Assembly (NCBI GenBank): GCA_965200315.1
Contig: OZ241362.1
Span: 3,776,001 to 3,840,000 of the forward strand
From: Candidatus Latescibacterota bacterium
GTDB taxonomy: Bacteria; Latescibacterota; UBA2968; UBA8231
DNA length: 64,000 nt
Direction: 5' to 3'
This document shows positions 28,536-38,813 of the stretch, in pieces (within the stretch, counting starts at the first letter, position 1; each line of letters begins with the position of its first letter). The notes beneath the pieces were generated by a model. It saw only the letters and a list, made by a program, of their open reading frames with translations, was not told the DNA's origin and made no database searches. Position numbers and translations under genes: made by a program.

Positions 28536-29459
28536 ATGAACCTGCAACACCTGCGCTACTTTCTCGCCGTGGTGCGCACGGGCAGCTTTACCCAAGCGGC
28601 GCGCCAGATGAACGTGACCCAGCCGACGATTTCCAGCGCCGTTTTGGAGCTGGAGAAGAGCATGGGGGTCCAGCTTTTCAACCGCGACAATCGGCACGTG
28701 GCCCTGACGACCGAGGGCCGTCTGCTGCTGAGCTATGCCGTCCAAGTCGAGGACTTGCTGGAGGAGGCGAGCGAGCGGCTACAGAGGAGCGACCTAGAGC
28801 CGGGAGGAGGCTTTCAGTTCGGGGCGGTAGATGCGGCTGTCATCTATCTCCTGCCGGAAATTCTCAAAGAGTACATGCGCCGCTATCCGGGCGTGGTGCT
28901 CAAGACCCAAGTCGCCCCCTCGCGTTACCTCATTGACGACCTGCTGATGCAGCGCTCTGAATTCGCGCTGGTTCACCTGCCCTATACCCATCCCAAAATC
29001 GACGCCGTGTCGATTTACCGCGACGACATGCCCTTGGTCGTAGGGCCAGCCCATCGCTTTGCCCGGTGCGGGGCCGTCGCCCTCGCCGAAGTGGTGGAAG
29101 AGCCTCTGATCCTCTTTCACGCCGACTCAATCTCGCGCAAGGTGATTGACGAGCAACTCGCCGAAGCCGGCCTAGTGCCGGGCGCGGTAATGGAGCTGCA
29201 CAGCCCAGAGGCCATGCGCAAGTTGGTGGAGACCGGCGTGGGCATCTCGTTTTTGCCGCGGCTGACCATCCGCGCGTCGCTGGCGAGCGGCGCGCTCAAA
29301 ACAGTGGATGTGCGCGGCGTGGCCTTTGAGCGCGAAATCGGCGTAGCTTGGCGTCGGGGCCGCTACTTTGGCCAAGCCGTGCGGCTCTTGCTCGATGCCG
29401 TATTCGCCTCCTACGGCGGGCGGGACGAGTGGCTGGTGAAGAGCGCCGCCAAGGGGTAG
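28536..29459 (+). CDS. LysR-family transcriptional regulator
   Basis: LRYFLAV...SFTQAARQMNVTQPTIS...LFNR HTH, GVGISFLP. Confidence 0.95.
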   Translation: MNLQHLRYFLAVVRTGSFTQAARQMNVTQPTISSAVLELEKSMGVQLFNRDNRHVALTTEGRLLLSYAVQVEDLLEEASERLQRSDLEPGGGFQFGAVDAAVIYLLPEILKEYMRRYPGVVLKTQVAPSRYLIDDLLMQRSEFALVHLPYTHPKIDAVSIYRDDMPLVVGPAHRFARCGAVALAEVVEEPLILFHADSISRKVIDEQLAEAGLVPGAVMELHSPEAMRKLVETGVGISFLPRLTIRASLASGALKTVDVRGVAFEREIGVAWRRGRYFGQAVRLLLDAVFASYGGRDEWLVKSAAKG

Positions 29460-29563
29460 TTGTATGTCGGCATGGTCCGCTTGTATTTGCTTTCTAGCAG
29501 CCCTTGCTGCGGCCTTTTCCCATCTTGCTATAATCCACCTCAGCGGCGTTTTTATTTTTGAAC

Positions 29564-29654
29564 AGAAGCCGTCTGAAAACCCTTAATGAGCCCTGAGTTC
29601 GAGCGAAAAGGCGACAGCTAGGCGAAGGCCGCTAGGAATTTCCAGACAGCTTCT
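29564..29654. mobile_element. 91-bp MITE-like element (IS-end derivative) in the serS upstream region
   Basis: Terminal inverted repeats AGAAGCCGTCTGAAAA and TTTCCAGACAGCTTCT (14/16 match); no ORF. Confidence 0.6.
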
Positions 29655-29688
29655 TATCCACTGTTTTACTCACTGGAGAATAACGATT

Positions 29689-31050
29689 ATGATCGACCCC
29701 AAGACCGTGCGCGCCCATCCCGATGCCATGCGCGAGGCGATAGAAGCGCGGAAAGTTGACCCGGCCAAAGCCAATGTGGATGACTGGTTGGCCCTTGACG
29801 GGAAGCGGCAAAAGCTGCAACGGAAGATTGACGCGCTCAACAGCGAGAAAAAGCAACTAGCGCAACTCGGCCGTACCAACCCGGACGCAGCGCGGGAAAA
29901 GGGGCGGGAGTTGCGCAAGCGCGGGCGGGATCTGGAGCAATATTTGGGAACCGTCGTCGCCGAGTGGCAGCAAATCATGGATTGGTTCCCCAACTGGCCG
30001 CATCCCGACATGCCCGCCGGTGAGGACGAGGCAGACAACGTCGAGGAGAAAGCCTGGATTCCGGGGCAAGGCTACCTAGCAGGCGATAAACTGGGGCGCG
30101 GAAACACCAGCGCCCAGTACATGCCCACGCGACCCCTGCACGCCCCAGACGATGACTTTGCTCCCCTCCATCACGCGGACCTCGGCGTCAAATTAGGCGG
30201 CATCAACACCTTGCAGGGCGGCCAAGTTTCCGGCTCGCGCTTTGCCTATTTGCGCGGCGATGTCGCGCGGATGCAATATGCCCTGAGCCAACTCCTCATC
30301 GACGAGCTTTTAGCGCGTGGGTACGAGATGTTCGTGCCGCCGCTCCTCGTGCGGGAGCGCTCGCTGTACGGCACCTCGCACTTTCCCGAAGGCCGCGACC
30401 AAGTCTATGCCATCAAGACCGACAACGTGGAAGAAAGAGCCGAGCTTTTCTTGGTGGGGTCGTCCGAGCCGGCCAATTTCAGCTACTTCATGGACCAGAC
30501 CTTGGACTCAGCCGAGCTGCCCGTCAAGATCTTTGCCTATACGGCTTGCTTTCGCTCGGAAGCCGGGTCTTGGGGCCAAGACGTCAAGGGCATCAAGCGC
30601 ATGCACCAATTCGACAAAATCGAAATGAACGCCGTGTGCCTGCCCGATCAGTCTGAAGCCCTGTACGAGGAATTCGGCCAAATCAACGAATGGCTCCTGC
30701 AAAAGCTGGCCCTGCCCTACCGGGTCGTCGATAAGTGCCACGGCGACGCCGGCTATCTGGCCAGCCATCGGCAGCGGGACGTGGAAGTGTGGATGTCTGG
30801 GACGGGCGAGTTCATGGAGGTGATGACCGACACCAACGCCACCGACTATCAGGCCCGGCGCTTGAACATCCGCTACAAGGGCGCAGCCGGGCGGGGATTT
30901 TGCCACCTCGTCAACGACACGGGGTGCGCGATGGGGCGGCTGCTGATCGCCATTTTGGACAACTATCAACAGCCCGACGGCGCTGTGCAGGTCCCCGAAG
31001 CCTTGCAACGGGTCGTGCAGAAGAGCACCCTGCAACCGAAAGGCGCGTGA
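29689..31050 (+). CDS. serS: Serine--tRNA ligase
   Basis: N-terminal coiled coil, GSRFAYL, CFRSEAGSWG...RMHQFDKIE, TDYQARRLNIRY, AILDNYQQPDG. Confidence 0.95.
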   Translation: MIDPKTVRAHPDAMREAIEARKVDPAKANVDDWLALDGKRQKLQRKIDALNSEKKQLAQLGRTNPDAAREKGRELRKRGRDLEQYLGTVVAEWQQIMDWFPNWPHPDMPAGEDEADNVEEKAWIPGQGYLAGDKLGRGNTSAQYMPTRPLHAPDDDFAPLHHADLGVKLGGINTLQGGQVSGSRFAYLRGDVARMQYALSQLLIDELLARGYEMFVPPLLVRERSLYGTSHFPEGRDQVYAIKTDNVEERAELFLVGSSEPANFSYFMDQTLDSAELPVKIFAYTACFRSEAGSWGQDVKGIKRMHQFDKIEMNAVCLPDQSEALYEEFGQINEWLLQKLALPYRVVDKCHGDAGYLASHRQRDVEVWMSGTGEFMEVMTDTNATDYQARRLNIRYKGAAGRGFCHLVNDTGCAMGRLLIAILDNYQQPDGAVQVPEALQRVVQKSTLQPKGA

Positions 31051-31946
31051 TGGGCGAGCGACTCGATGGCCGGGCGATTGCGGCTCAAGTGCGAGAAGAG
31101 CTGCGGGCGGACATCACGCGCCTGAAGCAGGAGCACGGTTTGGTGCCGGGCTTGGCGGTTGTGCTGGTAGGGGACAACCCAGCCTCGCAGTCTTATGTGC
31201 GCGCCAAGGGCCGCGCCTGTACAGCCCTCGGCATTCACTCCGTGCAAGTAGATTTGCCGGCCAACGCTACCACCGAAGACTTGCTAGCCACCGCCGAGCG
31301 GCTCAACGCCGACGACGCGATCCACGGCATCTTGATACAGCTACCGCTGCCGGGCCAAGACGAGCAGCAAGTCCTCAACGCCATTGACCCGAATAAGGAT
31401 GTCGATGGCTTGCATCCGGTCAATTTGGGCCGCCTCGTGCGGCAGGAGGAGTGCTTTTGGCCCTGTACGCCGCACGGGGCCGTGCAGATTCTCAGTCGCA
31501 GCGGGATCGAGGTAGCAGGCCAGCACGTAGTCGTGGTCGGCCGCAGTACACTCGTGGGTCGGCCCGTAGCCATTTTGCTGGGGCACAAGGCGGCCGGGGC
31601 CAATGCCACGGTGACCCTGTGCCACACCGGCACCCGCGACCTCGGGCACTTTACGCGCCAAGCGGACATCTTAGTGGTGGCGGCTGGGGTTCCGCGGGGG
31701 ATCACCGCGGATATGGTCAAAGAAGGGGCCGTGGTAATCGACGTGGGCATCAACCAAATCGACGATCCTTCGCGCGAACGCGGCTGGCGGCTCGTCGGCG
31801 ACGTGGACTACAAACAAGTGCGCCCGAAGGTCCGTGCGATTACGCCCGTGCCCAACGGGGTTGGGCCGATGACGATCGCGCTGTTGCTCTACAACACCGT
31901 GTGGGCGGCCCAGCGGCAGGTGGGGCTGAAAGGGGGGCTTACTTAG
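31050..31946 (+). CDS. folD: Bifunctional methylenetetrahydrofolate dehydrogenase/cyclohydrolase
   Basis: PGLAVVLVG, HGILIQLPLP, KDVDGLHP, PCTP, ITPVPNGVGPMTIA. Confidence 0.97.
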   Translation: MGERLDGRAIAAQVREELRADITRLKQEHGLVPGLAVVLVGDNPASQSYVRAKGRACTALGIHSVQVDLPANATTEDLLATAERLNADDAIHGILIQLPLPGQDEQQVLNAIDPNKDVDGLHPVNLGRLVRQEECFWPCTPHGAVQILSRSGIEVAGQHVVVVGRSTLVGRPVAILLGHKAAGANATVTLCHTGTRDLGHFTRQADILVVAAGVPRGITADMVKEGAVVIDVGINQIDDPSRERGWRLVGDVDYKQVRPKVRAITPVPNGVGPMTIALLLYNTVWAAQRQVGLKGGLT

Positions 31947-31968
31947 AATGACGACAGAAAAAGCTCTT

Positions 31969-31985
31969 AGAAGCCGTCTGAAAAC
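31969..31985 (+). repeat. Second copy of the IS-like end AGAAGCCGTCTGAAAAC
   Basis: 17/17 identical to 29564-29580; no partner inverted end recognised. Confidence 0.6.
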
Positions 31986-32176
31986 GCCAAGTTCGGCTCC
32001 TCAAACGGCGCATCGCACGCATGAGGTAGGATTGCTATAGCACCAGTCAAGGGGGAATTCAGGTTCACTATCTTCTGAAACCAGAATCGTCTTCGCTGCC
32101 GCAGTACGAGTAAACAGGTAATCCTTTGCATATCAGAAGCAAGCGCAAGTGCGGGATGTCCTGATTGGTCCGTCCC

Positions 32177-34732
32177 TTATCCTTTCGCCCAATGAACCAA
32201 GCCCATCTCCAAGGGATTTTGCAGGTCGGGATGCGAGGGCACCACGCGCAGGGTGTAGCCATGCGACCCAGCCGCCGCGCACGTGAAGGTGCCGACGAAG
32301 TGGTAGGTGCCGTCGCCGTTGTGGCCGGCCAATTCCAGCGGGTACACCTCGGTCTGCACAAACTCGCGCTGGGCGTTGAGGCGGCCGGCGTAGATTTCGA
32401 CGCGGACATCTTCGGGCGTTAGCTCGCCCAAAGTCACTGCGGTGCGCAACGGCACCTGCATCCCCACCTTGAGCAGCCGCGGAAATTCAGCATCCACCGC
32501 GCCGATTTGGACCTGCGCCCACTTGGAGCGCACGTGCGACTTCCAATGCGTCAGCCGCTGCACCCGCTCGCGGTCGGCCGCCAATTCCTCAAAGCGGGCT
32601 TGCCCGGGCAAGTAAAACCGCTCGACGTACTCGCGCACCATGCGGTGCGTGTTGTACTGCGGCACAAGCTGGGCAATGGTCTCCTTCATGCGGGCGATCC
32701 AACCGCCGGGCAATCCGTCCGCATCGCGCTGGTAGAACAGCGGGATCACCTCGGTCTCTAGCAGGTCGTAGAGCGCGTTGGACTCGACGGCGTCTTGGTA
32801 CTGTTCGTCGTCGTAATCCTCGCCGCGACCAATGGTCCAACCGGCATGGTTGTCGCAGGCTTCGTCCCACCAGCCATCGAATACGCTGACGTTGAGCACC
32901 CCGTTGATCGCAGCCTTCATGCCCGACGTGCCCGACGCCTCCAAGGGGCGGCGGGGGTTGTTGAGCCAGACATCGCACCCCTGCACCAAGTAGCGGGCGA
33001 GGTTCATGTCGTAGTCTTGCAAAAAGAAAACCCGGCCATTAAAGGGCGCTTGCCGGGCGAGGTGGACGATTTGGCGGATCAACTCCTTGCCAGCGTCGTC
33101 GTGGGGGTGGGCCTTGCCGGCGAAGAGGATCTGCAAGGGCCGCTGCGAGTCGGCAAACAGGGCCTTGAGCCGCTCGATATTGCGGAAAATCAGGTTGCCG
33201 CGCTTATAGGTGGCAAAGCGGCGTGCAAAGCCAATGGTCAGCACCTCGGGGTCGAGCCGCGCTAAGGTCTGTTCAATTTTGGCCTTCGGCGCACCCTGGC
33301 TCCGCATCTGCTGGCGCAGGTGCTGGCGGGTTACGGCAATCAGCCGCTTGCGCCGCTGCTGGTGAGTATCCCACAGCTCGCGGTCGGGGATGCGATAAAC
33401 CGGGTCCCAGTCCCGCTCGTCAACCGATACCAACCGCCAAGTGTCGCCGAGATGGCGGTCCAACAACTCGGCCATTTCCAGCGAAGCCCACGTGTGGAGA
33501 TGAACGCCGTTGGTGACGTGGCCGATGGGGATTTCGCGTTCTGAAAAGTCGGGCCACAAGCCCTGCCACATGCGGCGGCTAACCGCGCCGTGTAGGCGAC
33601 TGACGCCATTGGCCCGGCCCGAGAGCCTGAGGGCCAAGACCGTCATGCAGAAGTCGGCTTGGGGGTCGCGAGGGTCAACTCGGCCCAAGCCGATAAATTC
33701 CTCGTGCGATAGGCCGAGCCACTCGCGGAAATAGCCCAAGTGCGCCTCGACCAAGTGCGCGGGGAACCAGTCGTTGCCCGCCGCGACCGGGGTGTGCGTG
33801 GTAAACACATTGCCCACGATGCTGGCTTCGAGGGCCGTGGCAAACGAATAGCCGTGCTCGGCCATGAGCCGGCGAATCCTCTCTAGAGCCAAAAAAGCCG
33901 AGTGCCCTTCGTTAATATGGCAGACAGTGGGTTCAATGCCCACGGCTTGGAGGGCGCGCAAACCGCCGATGCCGAGAAGGATCTCCTGCCGGATGCGCAT
34001 GGCCGCGTCGCCGCCGTAGAGGCGAGCGGTAATATCGCGGTCCGCCGGGGCGTTTTCGTCGAGGTTGGTATCGAGCAAATAGAGCCGCACCCGGCCCACC
34101 TGCACCTGCCAGAGCCGCGCTTGCACCATGCCGTGGGCAAAGGGAACCTCAATGCTCAGGTGCTCTCCGTTGCGGCCGTGGACCGGCTGCACGGGCATCT
34201 GGTAGAAGTCGTTTTCCGGGTTTTGCTCTATCTGCCAGCCATCGGCGTTGAGGGCTTGGTGGAAATAGCCCTCTCGGTAGAGCAAGCCAACCCCGACGAG
34301 GGGGACGCCTAGATCGCTGGCCGCCTTGAGATGGTCGCCAGCGAGTACGCCCAAACCGCCAGAATAGATGCGCAGGCTCTCGGTCAGGCCGAATTCCGCC
34401 GAGAAGTACGCAACCTGTAACTGGCTCTCGCCGTGCGTCTGGCCAAACCACGTCGGCTGCGACAAATAGCCCTCGAATTGCTCGACGACGCGCTCGATGC
34501 GACCCCGCAGTTGCTCGTCGGCGATTAGGGCATCGAGCTGGTCCGGCCGCAGGAAAGCCCAAAAGCGCAGGGGATTGCGCTGGCTCTCGATCCACGTTTC
34601 CGGGTCAATCTGGTAGAGAGTGCGGATGGTTTCCTTGCTCCAACTCCACCAGAGGTTGTACCCCAACTCCCACAGCGGCGTCAGTTGCTCGGGCAGGCAC
34701 GGAATGATATTGAGACGATGTAGCGGTTTCAT
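32177..34732 (-). CDS. glgP: Alpha-glucan (glycogen) phosphorylase
   Basis: YFSAEFG, YSGGLGVLAGDH, GFARRFATYKR, EASGTSGMKA PLP motif. Confidence 0.96.
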   Translation of the reverse strand: MKPLHRLNIIPCLPEQLTPLWELGYNLWWSWSKETIRTLYQIDPETWIESQRNPLRFWAFLRPDQLDALIADEQLRGRIERVVEQFEGYLSQPTWFGQTHGESQLQVAYFSAEFGLTESLRIYSGGLGVLAGDHLKAASDLGVPLVGVGLLYREGYFHQALNADGWQIEQNPENDFYQMPVQPVHGRNGEHLSIEVPFAHGMVQARLWQVQVGRVRLYLLDTNLDENAPADRDITARLYGGDAAMRIRQEILLGIGGLRALQAVGIEPTVCHINEGHSAFLALERIRRLMAEHGYSFATALEASIVGNVFTTHTPVAAGNDWFPAHLVEAHLGYFREWLGLSHEEFIGLGRVDPRDPQADFCMTVLALRLSGRANGVSRLHGAVSRRMWQGLWPDFSEREIPIGHVTNGVHLHTWASLEMAELLDRHLGDTWRLVSVDERDWDPVYRIPDRELWDTHQQRRKRLIAVTRQHLRQQMRSQGAPKAKIEQTLARLDPEVLTIGFARRFATYKRGNLIFRNIERLKALFADSQRPLQILFAGKAHPHDDAGKELIRQIVHLARQAPFNGRVFFLQDYDMNLARYLVQGCDVWLNNPRRPLEASGTSGMKAAINGVLNVSVFDGWWDEACDNHAGWTIGRGEDYDDEQYQDAVESNALYDLLETEVIPLFYQRDADGLPGGWIARMKETIAQLVPQYNTHRMVREYVERFYLPGQARFEELAADRERVQRLTHWKSHVRSKWAQVQIGAVDAEFPRLLKVGMQVPLRTAVTLGELTPEDVRVEIYAGRLNAQREFVQTEVYPLELAGHNGDGTYHFVGTFTCAAAGSHGYTLRVVPSHPDLQNPLEMGLVHWAKG

Positions 34733-34872
34733 GCTTAGTCTCTTCTAAGGGGTTGGGTTGTAAGGAGCCCTAAGACTGCGGTGAAGGTGATTTTTGTCAA
34801 TGTTTGTCCAAGCTCTATACTTAGGAGAATTGCGCCCACAACAAGTGTGGCCAGAAAACTCAAGGAAATCTC

Positions 34873-35883
34873 ATGCGCGAAACACCCAAGGTGATCATCA
34901 GCGGTTTTGCCGACGAGGGGCCGACGGACAAAAAGGCCGAAGCTCAGCTAGCCATGCTCGCGACGCTGGGCATGTCGCACTACAGCTTGCGCTTTGTGGA
35001 CGTGGGGCAGGGCGTCAAAAATGTGATGCAGCTAACGCAGCCCGAGACAGCGCGGCTGCGCCAGTTGCACGGCGAATTTGGGATTGCAGTGGCCTCGATC
35101 GGCTCGCCGATTGGCAAAGTCAAGCTGCTCAATGTGGAAGATGGCTCGGCCAATGCCTATATCCCGTTTGACCAGTACTTACAACAAGACGTGCAGCGGG
35201 CCGTGGATCTGGCCGGCGAGTTTGAGACGCGGCTGATTCGCGGGTTCTCGTTTTACCATCCCCAAGGCGAGGACCCAGCCGCTTACTTAGAGCCGGCGGC
35301 CGAGCGGTTGGCGCAAATCGCCGAGGTTTGCAGCCGGGGCGATGTCCTTTTCGGCCTAGAGGTTGAGGCCAATCTCGTCGGCCAGAACGGGCGGCTCCTG
35401 CAAGAGCTATTCGAGATGGTGGGCCACCCCAACCTGTACCTGATTTTCGACGGCGGCAATCTGTCGAGCCAAAACTTTACCCCGGTCGAGACCCTAGCCG
35501 AGTATCGCGCGATGCGCGAGGGGATTGGCTGGATGCACATCAAGGACTACAAGATCGACCCGGCTCTCCAATGGGAGGGCGTCGTAGATGAGGAGCGGCT
35601 CAAAAACTTTGTGCCCGCCGATCGCGGCGACTCCGCGCACGAGGCCATATTGCGCGACTTCCGCACCCGCATCCCAGCTCTGGAACGCAAGCTGAAGCAG
35701 CAGGGAGTCCCCGGCGTGTTCCTCGACTTGGAGCCGCACCTAAAGGGCGGCGGGCAGTTCGGCGGCTTCAGCGGCGTCGATGGGTTTGGGGTCGCGCTGC
35801 GGGCGCTGCTCAACCTGCTCGACTACGTGGGCATCGGCTACGCGCTAACGGACTACGAGGCCATCGCCCGGCAGCAGGACTAA
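34873..35883 (+). CDS. Sugar phosphate isomerase/epimerase family protein
   Basis: ISGFADE, SIGSPIGK, FDGGN, HIKD, LEPHL. Confidence 0.85.
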   Translation: MRETPKVIISGFADEGPTDKKAEAQLAMLATLGMSHYSLRFVDVGQGVKNVMQLTQPETARLRQLHGEFGIAVASIGSPIGKVKLLNVEDGSANAYIPFDQYLQQDVQRAVDLAGEFETRLIRGFSFYHPQGEDPAAYLEPAAERLAQIAEVCSRGDVLFGLEVEANLVGQNGRLLQELFEMVGHPNLYLIFDGGNLSSQNFTPVETLAEYRAMREGIGWMHIKDYKIDPALQWEGVVDEERLKNFVPADRGDSAHEAILRDFRTRIPALERKLKQQGVPGVFLDLEPHLKGGGQFGGFSGVDGFGVALRALLNLLDYVGIGYALTDYEAIARQQD

Positions 35884-37109
35884 CGCCCTTGCGCCAACAG
35901 AGCCTCGTGTCGCTTTTGGAAGGCCGCGCTGTGGTCGTCTTCAATCACCTCCAAATCGACGCCTTGCTCAAAGCCGGGGATGTTGCCAGCGTAGAAGGCC
36001 TGCTGATAGTGGGTTTCAGCTGTAAACTCCCACTCCCGCTCTTGGCCGTCCCCCGGCCAGTACACGCGGAGAATGCGCTTTTGGGCCAAGTAGCGGTGCT
36101 TGGGAGTCGGCTCGGCAGGATCCACCCGGTACTTTGCAATCGCCTCTTCATCCACCGAGACTCCCAAGCCGGGCGCGTCTGGAACCGGCATATAGCCGTC
36201 GCGGACTTCGATAGGCTCTTGCAGCAGATCGTCCTCCCACAGCTCGTGGCAGGTGATATAGGGCAGTTGGGCGTGCGAGAGCACCGAGCCGAGGTGGGCC
36301 GCATAAGTAGTGGTTAAGCCAGCACCGACGAGCTGGAGCCAAAAGGGCTTGTTTTGGGCCGCCGCGAGGGTTGCCGCCCGCCGGGTATCGGTCACGCCGC
36401 CGCCGATGACGAACCCATCGCAGCAGTTGTTGCGCAGATATTGGTCTTGGTAGTGCTCGACGATGGGTTTGCGCACCCGCTCGCGCAAAATCCGCGCCCC
36501 ATCTACGTCCGAGTGCAGGTAAAACGGGCTTTCGTACATGCCGACGTTGGGGTTTTCGTCGAGCTGTTGCAGGATGATCTCGGCCTTGGCTTGGTTGAGC
36601 AAGAAGCCGTTGAAGTCGACGTCGAACTTGTAGTCGGCCGGGACGACTTGGGCGACCGCATCGGTTTGGGCGATGATGTCGCGCCACGGGCGGGCCTTCA
36701 TCTTAAAGGTGGTGTATCCGCGCTTTAGCGATTCCTCGGCCTCGGCGACCCAGTCCTCGGGCGGCATATCTATATCCCACCAAGAGATGGGGCAGCGGTC
36801 GCGGAGCTTGACGCCGAGCAGCTCGTGTACGGGTACGCCGTTGTCTTGGCCCACTAGGTCGAGGCAGGCGACTTGCGGGCCAAAGCCAATATCGTCGCGG
36901 TTTATCAGGCTGGCCGGGTTTTGCCCGACGAGGCCATCGACCGATGGTTGGCCGTGGTTGTCGGCCCAGCCCACGAGGCCGTTGTCCGTCTCCAAGCGCA
37001 CGACCCACACGCGCTCGTCGTGGGTAGAGGCGCGCTGCATGGCGCGAGTGACGTGCTCGGCGTAGAAGGGGATGTTGAGGGCAATGGATTCAGCGTGGGT
37101 GATCTTCAT
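35880..37109 (-). CDS. Mandelate racemase/muconate lactonizing (enolase superfamily) enzyme
   Basis: LETDNGLVG, KMK, DVDFN, YESP, VPDAPGLGV. Confidence 0.88.
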   Translation of the reverse strand: MKITHAESIALNIPFYAEHVTRAMQRASTHDERVWVVRLETDNGLVGWADNHGQPSVDGLVGQNPASLINRDDIGFGPQVACLDLVGQDNGVPVHELLGVKLRDRCPISWWDIDMPPEDWVAEAEESLKRGYTTFKMKARPWRDIIAQTDAVAQVVPADYKFDVDFNGFLLNQAKAEIILQQLDENPNVGMYESPFYLHSDVDGARILRERVRKPIVEHYQDQYLRNNCCDGFVIGGGVTDTRRAATLAAAQNKPFWLQLVGAGLTTTYAAHLGSVLSHAQLPYITCHELWEDDLLQEPIEVRDGYMPVPDAPGLGVSVDEEAIAKYRVDPAEPTPKHRYLAQKRILRVYWPGDGQEREWEFTAETHYQQAFYAGNIPGFEQGVDLEVIEDDHSAAFQKRHEALLAQGR

Positions 37110-37313
37110 GGGGTCCTCCGCAGATAAGGGGTCACAGGGAATGGATAGAAGACACGCAAAAATTAGTCGGCGAGCAACCGTTAATTCAACCTCTTACCTC
37201 ACGCCACCAAGATCTCCGCCGGGTGCGCGGACGGCTCGCCCGCAGAGCGAGTTAGAAGCCCGCCACCGCTCAACGTTATTTGGGTTTAACCTACCACAAC
37301 GAAAGGCAACGCC

Positions 37314-38813
37314 ATGAGCAATACGTATGAAACCTTTGTAGAACGCCTCCGCGAGCTATCCGACATAAACCATGCTCAGGGGCTGATGAGCTGGGATCAA
37401 GAGACCTACATGCCGCCGCGCGGCGCGGCCATGCGGGCCAGAGCGATGGGGACCTTGGCCGGTCTGCACCACGAGCGGCTCACCTCACCAGAGTTGGTCG
37501 CGCTCGTAGCCGACCTCAAGGACGCCGAGCTAACAGGCGACGCGACCGTCAACGTCCGCGAAATCGACCGCCAGCAGAGCCGGTCGCTCAAGCTACCCAA
37601 GGAGCTAGTCGTCGAGCTGAGCCAGACCGAGTCCTTGGGACACGAGGCTTGGATCGAGGCGCGAAAAAAATCGGACTTTGCGCTCTTCCAGCCTTGGCTA
37701 GAAAAAATTGTTTCGCTCAAAAAGGAGGTCGCCGAGCGGGTCGGCTACGAAGGCGCGATGTACAACGCGCTGCTCGACGAGTACGAGCCTTATGCACGGG
37801 CCGAGGAAATCGCCCCGGTCTTTGCCCAACTCAAAGCGCAGCTCGTGCCGCTAGTCGAGCAAATCGCCGCCACCGGGAAGTACCCGGCGCGGGGCGTACT
37901 CGACCAAGAATACCCCATCGAGCAACAGGAGCTTTTGGGCCAACAGGTGTTGGCGGACATAGGCTTTGACATGGAGGCCGGGCGGCTCGACTTGGCGGTG
38001 CATCCGTTTTGCGCGGGCACGTCCCGCGACGATGTGCGGCTGACGACTCGCTACAGTGCCGATTGGCTGCCCGGCTCGCTCTTTGGCACCATCCACGAGG
38101 CCGGGCACGGGCTGTACGAACAGGGCCTGCCCGCCGACGCCAGCGGCACCCCGGCCGGCGCGAGCATTTCGCTAGGGATCCACGAGTCGCAATCGCGGTT
38201 GTGGGAAAACATGGTCGGCCGCAGCAAAGCCTTCTGGACTCATTACCTGCCCAAGCTACGAGTGCTTTTTCCCCAGCAGCTCAGCACGGTCGATCTAGAC
38301 GCCTTTTACGCGGCGGTCAATCAAGTGGAGCCATCGCTGATCCGGGTCGAGGCCGACGAGGTGACGTACAACCTCCACATCCTGCTGCGTTTTGAGCTGG
38401 AATGCGATCTGCTTGAAGGGCGGGTTGCCGTGGCCGAATTGCCCGCGGCGTGGAACGAGCGGATGGAGCAATACTTGGGCATCCGTCCTCCCGACGACGC
38501 CTGCGGTGTGCTGCAAGACACGCACTGGTCTTGTGGTCTGCTGGGCTATTTTCCGACCTATGCGCTGGGCAACCTGTACGCAGCCCAGTTTTTTCACCAA
38601 GCCCACCAAGACTTACCCGGTCTTGAAGCGCAGATCGGGCAGGGCGAGCTCAGGCCGCTCAAGACTTGGCTCAACGAAAAAATCCACGCCCGCGGCGCAC
38701 GGGTGACGGCTGGCGAATTGGTCGAAGAGGTGACGGGTGCGCAGCTAAGTGCCGATTACTTCATCGACTATTTGCAGGAGAAGTTCGGGGCGCTCTACGG
38801 CCTCAGCCGATGA
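37314..38813 (+). CDS. Carboxypeptidase M32 (Taq type)
   Basis: WDQETYMP, HPF, HEAGH, HESQS, IRVEADE, GYFPTY. Confidence 0.95.
   Translation: MSNTYETFVERLRELSDINHAQGLMSWDQETYMPPRGAAMRARAMGTLAGLHHERLTSPELVALVADLKDAELTGDATVNVREIDRQQSRSLKLPKELVVELSQTESLGHEAWIEARKKSDFALFQPWLEKIVSLKKEVAERVGYEGAMYNALLDEYEPYARAEEIAPVFAQLKAQLVPLVEQIAATGKYPARGVLDQEYPIEQQELLGQQVLADIGFDMEAGRLDLAVHPFCAGTSRDDVRLTTRYSADWLPGSLFGTIHEAGHGLYEQGLPADASGTPAGASISLGIHESQSRLWENMVGRSKAFWTHYLPKLRVLFPQQLSTVDLDAFYAAVNQVEPSLIRVEADEVTYNLHILLRFELECDLLEGRVAVAELPAAWNERMEQYLGIRPPDDACGVLQDTHWSCGLLGYFPTYALGNLYAAQFFHQAHQDLPGLEAQIGQGELRPLKTWLNEKIHARGARVTAGELVEEVTGAQLSADYFIDYLQEKFGALYGLSR

Noticed and set aside
29568-29577. GCCGTCTGAA equals the Neisseria DNA uptake sequence (also at about 31973)
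   Set aside because: Only two copies noticed in 64 kb, both inside a longer IS-like end; true uptake sequences are far denser
29460-29688. T-box riboswitch upstream of serS
   Set aside because: No T-box consensus (TGGNACCGCG) or terminator/antiterminator seen; the structure is explained by the inverted-repeat element
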